Of a stretch of 64,000 nt of DNA, positions 38,480 to 52,290 are shown piece by piece. Location: the NCBI RefSeq assembly GCF_009914755.1, contig NC_060933.1; one strand, given 5' to 3'. Every line of letters starts with the position of its first letter. Within the stretch, counting starts at the first letter, position 1. The translations under genes were made by a program, and so were the position numbers. Source of the DNA: the human T2T-CHM13v2.0 reference genome, Homo sapiens. The notes beneath the pieces were generated by a model that was not told where the DNA came from, did not search any database, and worked only from the letters and a program-made list of their open reading frames with translations.

Positions 38480-38935
38480 AAATAATCCGACTCTTCCTAA
38501 CTCCTGATTCCTATTACCTACTTTATTCTATCTCCAATACTTCTATCAGTTTTTCAAATATGCCATGCAGTGTTATTCCTTTGGACCAGGATATTTCTCT
38601 TGTTTAAATATTTTTCCCCCTCCTCCCACTTTTCCTCACAATATACACATTGCCTAGCCAACTACTCATATCTTACATAAAAAGATATTTTCAGTGTTCT
38701 GTGCTTTTCTTGCATTGCTAGGAAAAGTTAAAATGCTTTCCCTATTTAATTCCCTATAAGTCATTGTGTATAATTTATCCATAATAATGCAAAGAAATAA
38801 CCATTCCAAGTTGCAGATTGTTTATTAATGTAAGTTCCTCAAAGGCAGACATTGTCTGTTATTCATTCCTAAATCTATAGTTTCTAGACATTATCTAGCA
38901 TGTATTAAAAACATTATGTGTTTGTTCAATTAAAA
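38480..38935 (+). mobile_element. L2 3' end relic
   Basis: tgtaagttcctcaaaggcagacattgtctgttattc...ctagcatgtattaaaaacattatgtgtttgttcaatt. Confidence 0.6.
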
Positions 38936-39349
38936 ATATCTTTTTATAAATATGACTAAAATCTAAGTATTGGCAATTAAAATGACTCAAATATGTTTGC
39001 TATAGTTTTAAGAAATTTTTCTGCACCAGATATTACAACTAAATTTACATAAAAATATTTTTGAAAGACATGTTTAATTTTGAATATTTCTGTCCATTAT
39101 ATGGTGATTAAAAACATATTAGTAACAATTTTTCTTGTACCAATCTGTTTTCCCTAACAGTCATATACATCAAGTAAAATCTGACTGATCTAGCATATAT
39201 TAATGACAAATTTCCGTGTAGTAGTTCATTTACTCATCTGTAGTAAAATAATGGTTAATATTCATAATGTTAACTCAAGGCTCTACAAAATTTTGAAGTA
39301 ACATAATAATCGAAGGCAGATTTATATTGTTTATTTCAGAGTTCTAATG

Positions 39350-39550
39350 GCAATAATAATTACTATAATAATAGCTGCTATATGTGGTCCACATATCAGA
39401 AACATACACAGTCCATTTCGGCATCAACACCCTGATATATATTCATATCCCCCTTCTACAAATTAAGACACCTCTAAGGTCACATAGTTGAGAAGTGACA
39501 GGATCAAGAATCAAACCCAGGTTTTTTAAATTACAAAGTCCAGGCTCTTA
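39350..39550 (-). mobile_element. MIR relic
   Basis: aataatagctgc...aaggtcacatagttgagaagtgacaggatcaagaatcaaacccagg. Confidence 0.65.
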
Positions 39551-41842
39551 AGAACTGCTTGCAGTTCATGACCATCAGAATTAGATGAACTAGAGGTATT
39601 AAGCTGATTTCTCAGGGAATCTATGCCATACTGGGGTCTAAGACCTGGTTTTTAGCTTTTTAGGATTAGGAAAAATGTTGAGCAAGTCAGTTCCCTGGGG
39701 CCCAATTTGATAAAGTAAAACTCATAAGAGAGTTGTTTATAGATAAGAATGCCAATTCATTATTTTATCCTGAGAATTGTTACAATAAAGCTGGCTTCAA
39801 TATTCATGCTTGGTTGTTTTATGTATTTTATGACATATTCCATGTTAGGCTATAAAGTCTGAATCCTCTGAGAGCTGTGTCTGTTAACTAGGGGTGACTA
39901 GGAGAAACTGGCATACTGATAGTTGTTTTATAATGCTATTTTTGGGTGATGCTGATAATTGATATTTCCTAAGAAATATTCCTCTGAGCTAGCATTTTTA
40001 TTTATTTTTTAAAAATACACTAAATATAGAGTATATTATCTTTGTATTACTCTTTTCCTTCTAACATTGAAATTTAAGAAGAGTTTTTCTCTCTATAATA
40101 AAGTGATTGTTCCTCACTCTTACAGGTTTGATAATGTAATTTCCTCAAATCCTCGAAAGCAGTTCTACCCTACAGGATCAGATACTCACTAACCAAACAC
40201 ATAAAACTGATACATACATTCAGAATATCAATTTATCCAGCACTTTAAAACAGGAATATAATGCCTACAGAACCAGCATATTCCTAGTATGCACAACTAG
40301 TGCATTCTCTTCCTGTAGAGAGAATAGCAAATAAAAACAAAATTATAAAACCGCTAGATGGACATGTAATAAGAATAAAATGCTCTAGTGTTATGTATTA
40401 CATAGTAGTGGCACTAGTTTGTTCTATATATTCGAGATGACCTTAAAAATGTGGCTAAATTTTGAAGTATTCTGTTGAACATTGTCATCTCCTTTATAGC
40501 GTTCCTTTTTCTTTTCTCCTGGATGGACCATAGACTCCTCTCACTTGACTTTTTCATTCTTTTCTTAGCCTGTTAATATTATTTTCCAGTTAAAATAGGA
40601 ACATTTTACTTCATCAGTAAAAATTTTTAAACTTTTATTTAACCCACATTGAAATGATTAAAACTTTAACTCTGAGAATATTATTTTTAACAAATTTTCA
40701 AGCCCTTTTTGAGTAATTCAAAAAATAGGTGAATAGATGCCTTTCGACAACCATCTCTCTGACTTTACTGTCTATTTTTGCTACTCTTTGATGAAATTAT
40801 TGTCTAAAATATGAGTCTTTATGTCTCACTTTAAAGAATGCACTTCATAAATTTCTTAGTTATATATTTTTGACTCAACTTCATTAAGCAAAATAGGGTA
40901 TAAAGGAGGGTATGTTGAAAATCTGTAAGTGGGTATATTGAATGTGTGTATAAGAATTTCATACATCTCAAAAAATTCTCTCTCTTGCTCTATCTTGGTT
41001 ACAGGTGTTGTTTCCTTCTGTTCTTTCTGTATGTAAGATTGATTCTTTCTCTAAAGATCGCTTTTATGTACCCTACTTGCATGTGCAGATTCCTGCATTT
41101 GAGTCATTTTTTTATCCCATTTCTCATCACTTGCCAGAGCCTAGTGTCATGTGGCCCACTACCCATTAATTAGTGGTCCTAGGAAAAATTATATGAGAAG
41201 TAGATATGCTAAAGTAGACTTCTAGCATAGAGAGGAATAGATAGGAGAGGATAGGAAAGGAGAGGAGAGAAGAGGAGAGGACTCCTATAATAAATCAGTT
41301 TCTCCTACAATAAATCAATGTAGTTCGCTTGCACACCTATTGGTGTCACATCACTAAGTTTTAACAATTTGTTAAAGGATCCAGGCACTGATATATCTGA
41401 CAAGAGTTAAATGGAAGGACTCATCCCAGTGGTACGAATTTATATAACAGAGAGGCTACTGTGGGTTTTTGTGGACTTTGATGGCTTTGTACAAGAGTGT
41501 ATGCTAACATGAGATGAATTGAGATTTGAACAGGTGGAGAAAGGAGAACATATTCAAAGGGAGGGAATAGCACATGTAAAGACACATAGAAGGATTCCTG
41601 TGCATTGAGGAAGTAGCTCCTTCTTATCTTGTCTGAGGTGGATTTATTCATATTTCTAAAATTTCTAGGAAATATGACTATAGAGAGTGAGATACATTGT
41701 AAATGTCTTCTTCATATTAGACGTTGGTTCTTCGGGCCATGGTAAGCCATTTCCAAATATTAAAAGAGGAGATCATTATTGAATTAATACTACAAACATG
41801 TTTATGAAAATATGACTGATCTATAAAACTGACTTATCAAAA

Positions 41843-43838
41843 GATAAAGTATCACTTATTCACTACATGAAAAATTAAAAACAAAATTCATATAATCTCA
41901 ATAGATGGAGAAAAAGCTTTTGATAAAATTTAACATCCCTTCATGTTAAAAACCTCAATGAACTAGGCTTCAAAGGAACATATCTCAAAATAATGAGTCA
42001 TCTATAACAAACCCACAACCAACATTACACTGAATAGGCAAAAGCTAGAAGCATTCCTCTTAACTGGAACAAGACAAGGTTTCCCCCACTCACCACTCCT
42101 ATTCAGTAGACTGCTAGAAGTCCTAGCCAGAGCAATTTGTCAAGAGAAAGAAATAAAACACATTCAAATAGGAAAAAAGGAAGTCAAATTATTTCTCTTC
42201 AATGATGCTATGATTCTATACTGAGAAAACCCCAAAACCTCTGACAAAAGACTCCTAGATTTAATACATGACTTCATTAAAGTTTCAGGATATAAAATCA
42301 AAGTACGAAACTCAGTAGTATTTCTAGACACCAATAATATTTCAACTGAGTGTCAAATCAAGAACACAATCCCATTTACAATAGCTACAAAAAATAAAAT
42401 ATCTAGGAATATATCTAACTAATGAGGCGAAATATCTCTATAAGGAGAGCTATGAAACACTGCTGAAAGAAATCATAGATGATGCAAGCGACCACACAGA
42501 CCAATGGAACAGAATAGAGAACCCAGAAGTAAAGCTGCACACCTGCAACCAACCAATCTTTGACGAAGTCAACAAAAATTAGAAAAAAATAAGCAACAGG
42601 AAAAGGACTCCCTGTTCAATAAATGGTGCTCAGAAAACTGGCTAATCATACACAGAAGACTGAAACTAGACACTTACCTGTTACCATATACAAAAATTAA
42701 CTCAAGTTGGATTAAATATTTAGACATAAGACCTCAAACTATAAAAATCCTAGAAGAAAACTTAGGAAATACCCTTCTCAACATTGGCCCAGGTAAGGAA
42801 ATTATGGCTAGGTCTTCAAAAGCAATGGCAACAAAAACAAAAATGGACAAGTGGGACCTAATTAAAATAAAGAGCTTCTACACAGCAAGAGAAACCACAA
42901 ATAAACATACAACTTACAGAATGAGAGCACATATTCACAAACTATGCATCCAAATAAAAGGACTAATATCCAGAATCTATAAGGAAGTTAAACAAATCAA
43001 CAAGAAAACAACAAACAACCCCATTGGAAAAGTGGGCGAATGACATGAAAAGATACCTCTCAAAAGAAGACCTACAAGTAACGAAGAAACATGAAAAAAT
43101 ACTCAATATCACAAATCATTTGAAAAATGCACATCAAAACAATGAGATATTATCTCACACCAGTCAGAACGGCTATTATTAAAAAGTCAATAAACAACCA
43201 ATGTTTGCTAGGCTGTGGAAAACAAGGAATATTTATACACTGTTGGTGGGAAGGTAAATTAGTCACTGTGAAAAGCAGCTTCCAGACTTCTCAAAGAACT
43301 AAAAATAGAACTATTCAACCCAGCAATCCCATTACTGGGTAATACCCAAAGAAAAATAAATTGTTCTATCAAAAAGACACCTTCACTCGTATGTTGATCA
43401 CAGCACTATTTACATTAACAAAGACACAAAATCAACAGTAGATTGGATAAAGAAAACGTGGTACATATACACCATCAAATACTAGGAAGCCATTTAAAGA
43501 ATGAAATCATGTCCTTTGCAGCTGCATGGATGCAGCTGGAGGCCATTATCCTAAGCAAATTAACACAGAAACAGAAACCCATATATTACATGTTCTTACT
43601 TGTAAGTAGGAGCTAAACCTTGGGTATACACAGACATAAAGATGGGAACAGTAGACACTACGGACTCCAAAAGGAGGGAAAGAGGGAGGGGGAAAGGGCT
43701 CAAAAACTTCCTACTGAATACCATGTTCACTAATTGCATGATGGGTTCAATAAAAGCCCACACCTCAGCATCACCCAATATACCCTTGTAACAAACCTGC
43801 ACATGTACCCCTGAATCTAAAATTAAAATTAAAAAAAA
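41843..43838 (+). mobile_element. 5'-truncated, internally deleted L1PA15/16-like element
   Basis: ORF2 RT and C-terminal remnants; 3' UTR cacctcagcatcacccaatatacccttgtaacaaacctgcacatgtacccctgaatctaaaatt plus A tail; jump at ~42490. Confidence 0.88.
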
Positions 43839-45510
43839 ATATTTCAGTGTCCCACAAATAAAGTACTTTCCATTTTTAAGTTATTATTTTTTCAAATTTT
43901 CTGTAGAAGTTGAGCTTCTTTTGATAACACATTTCTTTAGTCAAGGATTAATATTTTCTTTTAAGGAGTCCACACACTCCAGTCTAGGAGTAATAAACAT
44001 TTTAAAAATCTACAAGATTTAAATTTTCACCAGTGTTTAGAAAAAGTGGAAGGCATTATGTAAACAAACTCAGAATCTTAAAAATGGTACATTTATTTAA
44101 TGAATCTGCCTCTTTTTGAGTTTTTTTTTTTATACTGGAAGGATAGTGGTTTCTGAAAAGTAAAATGTTTTAAAAAATTAAAAGGAAAATCCATATTTAT
44201 AAGACCATTAAATTGAACTGTGCCCCTCTACCTTGCTTTTAATGGTTTATTAATAAACACTACAGAGAGAAGATACAACAAAACATGAACTACTCTTTTT
44301 ATGCATAAACTATTTTTATTCTTTAGCATATGTTAGGCATACCTAAGTATGCATAGTGCTATATAGAATGAACAAAAGCTAGAGTGATGATTAGGTTATA
44401 TTCTGGTGCTGAATTTACAGTGGGTTCCCAGTAAATATGTGTGAGTCAGCCTTCTATTTTTCTTCTAATGTTTAAAGGGAGATCAATTATTTTTGAGCAA
44501 GGATTGCGGAAGAAAACGTTAGGTTTGTTGTGGAGAATGTCCTACGTTATAATTCACAGATTTTATGTCATAACCTTCTTCATTCTAAAAGCATTAAAAT
44601 TGGCATACCAGACTCTAAATTAACAACTCCAAATCACCCCATAAAACTTCTTTATTCTGATTCTTTTCCTCATATAAGCAAAGCCCAATTGGTTTATATG
44701 AAGGATCAAGAACTTCTGCAGTAGTGGAGCACAATGGAACACATTTTTTGCAACATTGGATTTCATATGGACTATGTGATAAAATCTTCTCTGGTCTTGT
44801 AATCAATCGGTTGCCAAATTTGAACTATGTGTCTTTGAGCATCTTATTTAAATTCTAATAATCATTTGCATATTAAAACTAATTTCCATTTGCATTAAAA
44901 ACTGATAACTCTTAGAGAGAATGCAAGAATTAGGTCATATAATATATGGGGTAGTATATTGCAGACTAGACATTCTCCGGGTATTTTCTCAGTGTTAGAA
45001 AAATATTTCTATAACAAAGAATGTAGTCCTCAGAGACAGGATAGTTCACCAGGTGAGTGACCTGTTGTGAATTCCCTCACTTCTGACAAAATGAACCATT
45101 TTTTGCTCTCACTTCACTTTTTGTTCTCATGTTTTTAATGAAGATATAATTTACAAACAATGTATTCATTCATTTCAAATGAATTTTAATGACTTTGGAC
45201 ACAGTATAAGCCCATGAAAGCACCACCATAGTAAATATATCAATAGATTTAATAGTTTCACTATGCTAAAAAGTTTGCTCAGGGGACATGTAATCACTCA
45301 CCCCATCTCTAACTTTATGTTACACCTGATTTGATGTCTGCCACTATAGTTGATATTTTACTTTTTATGGTTTCATATAAATGAAATCATATTTTATGCA
45401 TTTTTTTGGCTCAGAATAATTTTGTCAAAAATTTATCTGTGGTTTTGCATGTGTAAGTAGTTTCTTCCTTTTTCTTGCTGAATATTTTTCCATTTTAAGA
45501 ATAATAATAA

Positions 45511-45868
<358 letters not shown>

Positions 45869-46950
45869 CAGTTTTTTGTTGTTATAAATAAAGCTGCTAT
45901 GAATATTTACGTATGTCCTTGATAGGATGTATGTTTTTATTTCTCTTGAGCGAATACCTAAGAGTGGAATTTCTGTGTCTTTTGGTAAATAAATGTTTAA
46001 CTTCTTAAGAAGCTGCCAAACTATTTTCCTAAGTTGTCCTGACATTATTTATTTTAACTAGCAATTCATGAGAGTTGCTGCACATCCAGTTCCTACACAC
46101 CCTCACTAACACTTGGTATGGCTCAATGTTTCTAATTTTAGCCAATCTAACATGTGTGAAGTGGTATCTTGTGGTTTCAATTTGCATGTCCCTGATGATT
46201 AATGATGATGTAAATATTTCAATGTGATTATTGGCCTTTTAAACATCTTTATTTGTGAACATTCTGTCCTTTTTCAATGGAGCATTTATCTTCTTATATA
46301 TGTTTTTATTTTTCCTGAGTGGCTATCTGGAAGTGGCATTGCTAACTTGTAAGTTACTTCTATGTTTGACTTTTTGAGAAACTGCCAAACATTTTTCCAA
46401 AGTAGCTGCATTTTTTCTTCATTCCCAATAGCAAAGTATGAAGTTTTCTGTTTCTCCACATCTTCACCAAAATTTGTCACTCTCTATCTAATTTATTATA
46501 GCCATCTTGGTGGGTGCAAAGTAGTATCTCATTAAGATTTTAATTGTAATTTCCCTACTGACAATATGTTCAGCATCTTTCCGTGTGCTTATTGGCCATT
46601 GGTATATATTCATGAGTGGATGTCTTTTGATTTTTGGCTGTCTTTATTATGTTGTTTCCTTATAGAGTTGCAATAGTGCTTGTAGATTTGCAAATTCTGG
46701 ATACAAGTCTTTTATTAGATATGAGTTTTAATTATCTTTTCATTTTCTTTATGGTGTCTTTGCAGTACAAAACATATTTGAATTTTGATGAGGCCTAATT
46801 TTTCAATGTTTTTTCTTTTATGGATCATGCTTTTGGTGTCTGAGCTAAAATGTCTCTGTATAGCCCCTAGCTCTCAAAAATTTTCTTCTGTGTTTTCTTT
46901 TAAATGCTCTATTGTTTAGCTATTACATTTCAGCCTAAGATCTATTTTAA

Positions 46951-46983
46951 GGTGTGTGTGTGTGTGTGTGAGTGTGTGTGTGT
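46951..46983. repeat. (GT)n microsatellite
   Basis: Directly visible. Confidence 0.9.
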
Positions 46984-47997
46984 ATGGTGTAAAGTGAGAG
47001 TCTAAGTTAATCTTTCTGCGTGTGTATACTGAATGTCCTCTGCACCATCTGCTGAACACACTGTGTTTCCCATAATAAATTGCCAGGCAGTTTTGCCAAT
47101 AATTAATTGAGTAGACAAATAAAACTTAGTTTTATACTTTTCATTTTTGTCTGTTATTTATATACTACCCTTATGCTAGTATTACACTGTTTTGATAACT
47201 GTAGCTTTATGGTATGTATTGAAGTTGGAAAGTAAAAGTATTTGTACCTTGTTATTACTTAAAAAAATTGTTTTGGCAAATTGATATGCTTTGTACTTCC
47301 ATATATATTTTTGAATCTGCCTGTCAATAACTGAAAAAAAGAAAAAAAAACACCCTGGAATTTACTGAAATTTTGACAAGGTTGCACTGAATTAGTAGAT
47401 TAATTTAGGAAAAACTATCATCTTAATCAAATTGAGTCTCGCAACCCATTAATGTAAAATTTGTTTCCATTTATTTAGAATTTATCGAATTTACCTCATC
47501 AAGTGTTACTATTATCAGAGTCCAAGTCTTATACTTCGTTAAATTTATTCCTAAGTATGTTTATTCTTTTTGGTGATGTTTTGAATTGAATTGTGTTCTT
47601 GATTTCAGTTTTGGATTGCCATTGGTCATAAATAGAAGCACAGTGATCTTGTGTCTTGTTTTCTTGCTGTTTATTAATTCTAATATTTTCTTTTGTGCAT
47701 GTGTGCATGTATAATTTACTCTTTTCTATATATAGTATTACGTTGTCTGTGAATATAAAAATGTTTTACAATGTGGGTGCCTTTTTTTTGCCGGATTGCT
47801 CTGGCTAGAACCTTCAGTACTATGTTGAATAGAACAGATGATAGTGGACATTCTTGCCTTGTTCCTGATCTTAGTGGGGAAGCATTCAATCTTTTATCAT
47901 TATGTATAATACTCACTATAGATTTTTCATAGATGCTGCCGTTCAGATTTAGAAAAGTTCTTTCTGTTTCATGTTTGTTAAGAAGTTTGATCACAAA

Positions 47998-48145
47998 CCA
48001 GGTACAGGCGTGCAGTGGCGCATACCTATAATTGCAGCCACTCAGGAGGTTGAAGTGGGAGGATTTGAGCTGGGAGGATTGCTTGAGCCCAGGAGTTCAA
48101 GACAAGCCTGTTCAACACAGTGAGCACTTTTCTCAGAAAAAAAAA
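47998..48145 (+). mobile_element. FLAM monomer
   Basis: gggaggattgcttgagcccaggagttcaagac...A tail; near-TSD aagtttgatca/aagttagatca. Confidence 0.85.
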
Positions 48146-49050
48146 GTTAGATCATTATGGGTGTTGGATATTGTTAAATATTTTCTTTATCTATTAATGT
48201 GTTTGCATAATTTATATTTATAGTTGTATAATTGGTGATTTATATGATTCATTACATTAACTTTGTGATGTTAAACCTTGCACCCCTGGAATAAATTCCA
48301 CCTTTATTTGTTATTGATAAATAGTCCTTTTAATATATTGCTGAATTTGGTTTGCAAATACAAACCAAATTTCGTTGATTATTTTGCATTTATATTCATG
48401 AGGGATGTTGATCTGTAGTTTGCTTTTCTTATGATGTTTTCATCTAGCTTTGGTACAGGGTATATACTACTAGTCTCATAGAATGAGTTGGAAAATATAA
48501 TTTCCTTTTATATTTTATGGAGTATTAGTATTTTTCCTCTTTAAATATTTAATAAAATTTAACAATTGAAACCATCTGGATCTGGGCTTTACTTCATGGG
48601 AAAATTTTTAATTATAAATTCAATTTATTTACTATAGATTTACTCGGATTTTATATTTTTTCTTGGGTCAGTTTTAGTAATACTTGGCTTATTAGGAATT
48701 TGACCATTTCATCTAAGTTACTGATTTTTTTGGCAGAATATTTGGCTCAGTATTTTTTTTAATACATATAAATGTTACTTATAATCATTAGCCCTGAGTG
48801 GGCTCACTAATTTTTGCTACTGTTTTCTATCAAATTAAATTCCATTCTAATATTTATTATTCCCTTCATTCTGTTTGTCCTTAGCTTGGTTGCCCTTATT
48901 TTTCTACATTTTAAAAGTGAATTCTTAAACTATGTATTTGAGATTTTTTTTCTTTTCAAATATAGGCATTTAAATTTATAAATTTTCTCTGAGAACTAAT
49001 TTAGTGGCATCCCATAAATTTTGTTATGTTATGTTTCTGATGTCATAAAA

Positions 49051-49969
49051 TTTTTCTTTATTTTTATTTTTTTAAACTTTTAAGTTCAGGGGTACATGTA
49101 CAGGATGTGCAGGTTTGTTATACAGGTAAACATGTGTCATGGGGGATTGTTGTAAAGATTATTTTATCATCCAGGTACTACATCTACTATCCATTAGTTA
49201 TTTTGCATGGTTCTCTTCCTCCTTACACCTTCCACCCTCGAATAGATCCTAGTGTGTATTGTTCTCCTCTATGTGTCTACGTGTTTTCATCATTTGGCTC
49301 CCATGTATAAGTGAGAACATGGGGCATTTAGTTCACTGTTCCTGTGTTAATTTGCTAATTATAATGGCCTCCAGCTCCACCTATGTCTGTACAAAGGACA
49401 TGATCTCATTCTTTTTTTATGGCTGCATGGTATTCCATGGTGTATATGTACCACATTTTCTTTATCCAGTCTATCATTGATGAGCACTTGAGTTGACTCT
49501 CTGGTCTTTGATATTGTGAATAGTGCTGCAATGAACATACACGTGCATGTGTTGTTATAATAGAATGACTTATATTCCTTTGGGTATATACTCAGTAACG
49601 AAATTGCTGGGTCAAATGGTAGTTCTGCATTTATCCAGCATCTGTAAGGAACTTAAGCAAATTTACAAGAGAAACAAACATTAAAAAGTGTGCAAAAAAC
49701 ATGAAGAGACACTTCTCAAAAGAAGAGATACATGTGGCCAATAATCTTTGGAAAAAAGCTCAACATCACTGATCATCAGAGAAATGCAAATCAAAACCAC
49801 CATGAGATACCAACTCACACCCGTCAAAATGACTATTATTAAAAAATCAAAAAATAACAGATGATGGTGAGGCTGTGGGGAAAAATAAACACTTTTACAC
49901 TGTTGGTAGGAGTGTAAATTAGTTCAGCTATTGTGGAAGACAGCGTGGTGATTCCTCAGAAACCTAAAA
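49051..49969 (-). mobile_element. L1PA (PA11-13-like) 3' fragment with inverted 5' segment (49632-49969)
   Basis: Poly-T plus antisense 3' UTR to 49628, then sense ORF2 C-terminus. Confidence 0.88.
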
Positions 49970-50756
49970 CATTTTTTTTCTAATTTTTAAAATAACTTTT
50001 TCTTTGACCTGTGGATATTTAGGCATGTTTAAATTTCTAAATGTTAAATATTAATATAAAGTTTAAAATTATTTAATTTTAAATATTTGTCCATTTCCCA
50101 GATTTCCTTCCATTGGTGATTTCCAATTTAACTCCATCATGGTTGGAAAATATGTATCCCATGCTTTCAGTCTTGTTAAATTTGTGTGTACTAGTTTTAT
50201 GGCTTAACATATGGTCTATTTTGTAGAGTATTCTTTGTGAAGAGGAAATAATTCCTTACATACTGATCTCTGGGGCCACAGAAATTCCCTGAAGGTCGTT
50301 CATTAAGCCTATTTTTCTCTGTAAGTCCAGAATGTTTGTGGAGATTATGAAGACTACTAAAGATTCCTTTACAAAGCTCATGGTCAGAGTTTAATTTTAC
50401 GAAATTTATAAGTGAAATCAACAGTACAGTTATGACATTCCTGCCATGGTGCCATATCTCAGCACCATGGCATCTGTTTCAACCATAATATTGGAGGGAT
50501 TTCCTAGTTGGAAGGATTTTGAATTTTCATATAAGTTGAATTTCAATGTTACCTAATGGTGTCACATCCAGAGTGAGCAGTTTGATTTATTCAATGGGCT
50601 AAAATAAATTATTAGGGAATAAAATTTTTATCACTAAGTGGCTGTGAATCAAAACAGCATTTTGTCTATATAGATTGTCTTATTAATACACAGGTGAAGA
50701 CTATCGCCCTGGTCAAAAGAAAAAGAAATGAGTCCCTTGCCCGGAAAAGAAATTTA

Positions 50757-51119
<363 letters not shown>

Positions 51120-51744
51120 ATCCTGAGTTCAAAATTAATCTTTACCTCCAACATATTACTTGACAGTAATCAAGATAAGAAACTTACTTACTAATGTCTT
51201 GTTTTCATCTTAATGGAATGGAAATTGTAATAGTAACTACCACATAAGGCTTTTGGGAGAATGAACATAAATATTCTAAACAGTGAAAAAATCTGGCATC
51301 GCAATTAATTTCAATGTGAATATATCTTCTTTATTATATCATAACTGGGACATATTTGAAGAGCACTTTGCTGTGACCATTAGTACCAATAAAATTTAAT
51401 TCCGGTTGTAGGAGCCCTACAAGAAGTAGACAGTAAAACAATCTTCTTTCCCAATTTCTTCAACTCTTTGAGATCATTTGATATGTTTCAAGGTTATTGT
51501 AATAAGTCAGTTAAAAACTTTGAAGATGAACTCTTGAGAAACCAGTAATAGCATTGAGAGATACAACAGCCTCTCCAGGTTGATTTTATTTATTTAACTG
51601 TTGATTTTAGTCCAACACATTCATTTTATTTTGAATATAATTTTTAAAGAAGCAAACGAGGTAAATCTGTAGATTTCTTTGGTAGTATAGACATTTTAAC
51701 AATATTGATTCTTCCAATCCATGAACATGGGATATGTTTTCATT

Positions 51745-52290
51745 AAGTTAAGGATCTTAAAATGAAGAAGTTATTCTGAATTATCCAAGTGGCCCAATGT
51801 AATCACAAGGGATCTTACAAGAGTCAGGCAGAGGAAGACTGGTACAGAAGAAGAAGGCAATGTGATCACTGAAGCAAAATGCCACACTGCTGGCTCTGAA
51901 TGTGGAAGAAGGGTTTTTGGGTAAATAAATTTAAGGGCTGGGTGTGGTGGCCTGTGTCTGTAATCCTAGCTACTAAGGAGGCTGATTTGAGAGTCTGAGG
52001 ATCCCTGAGCCCAGGAGTTTGAGATCATCCTGGGCAATAAAGTGAGAACCTTTCTCACACACACCCACACACAAAAGGAATGCTGTTTTAAAAGTTGAAA
52101 ACACGAGAAAAAGCATTTTGCCCTCTGAACCGCCAGAAGAAGCAAGGCCCTGCTGATACCTTGATTAGATTTTTACCCAGTGACATTGATTTTGAAACTT
52201 GGACCTCTAGAAATGTAAGGAAATAAATGTATGTTGTTTTAAGCCATCAATTTTGGAATAATTTATTACAGCAGCCATTGAAAGCTAACA
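51745..52290 (+). mobile_element. MLT1 (MLT1D-like) LTR, 5' truncated
   Basis: ttatccaagtggcccaatgtaatcacaagg...ccctgctgataccttga...gtttaagcca...acagcagccattgaaagctaaca. Confidence 0.8.
51935..52074 (+). mobile_element. FLAM monomer inside MLT1
   Basis: ggctgggtgtggtgg...tgtaatcctagctact...gagcccaggagtttgagatcatcctgggcaat. Confidence 0.8.

Noticed and set aside
45880-46620. Duplicated L1 ORF2-end/3' UTR segment
   Set aside because: Old L1MC/ME-type 3' ends carry such an internal duplication, so it is probably inherited from the subfamily.
51662-51744. Short antisense L1 ORF2 fragment abutting a truncated MLT1
   Set aside because: Consistent with an ordinary old deletion joining two repeats; nothing further supportable.
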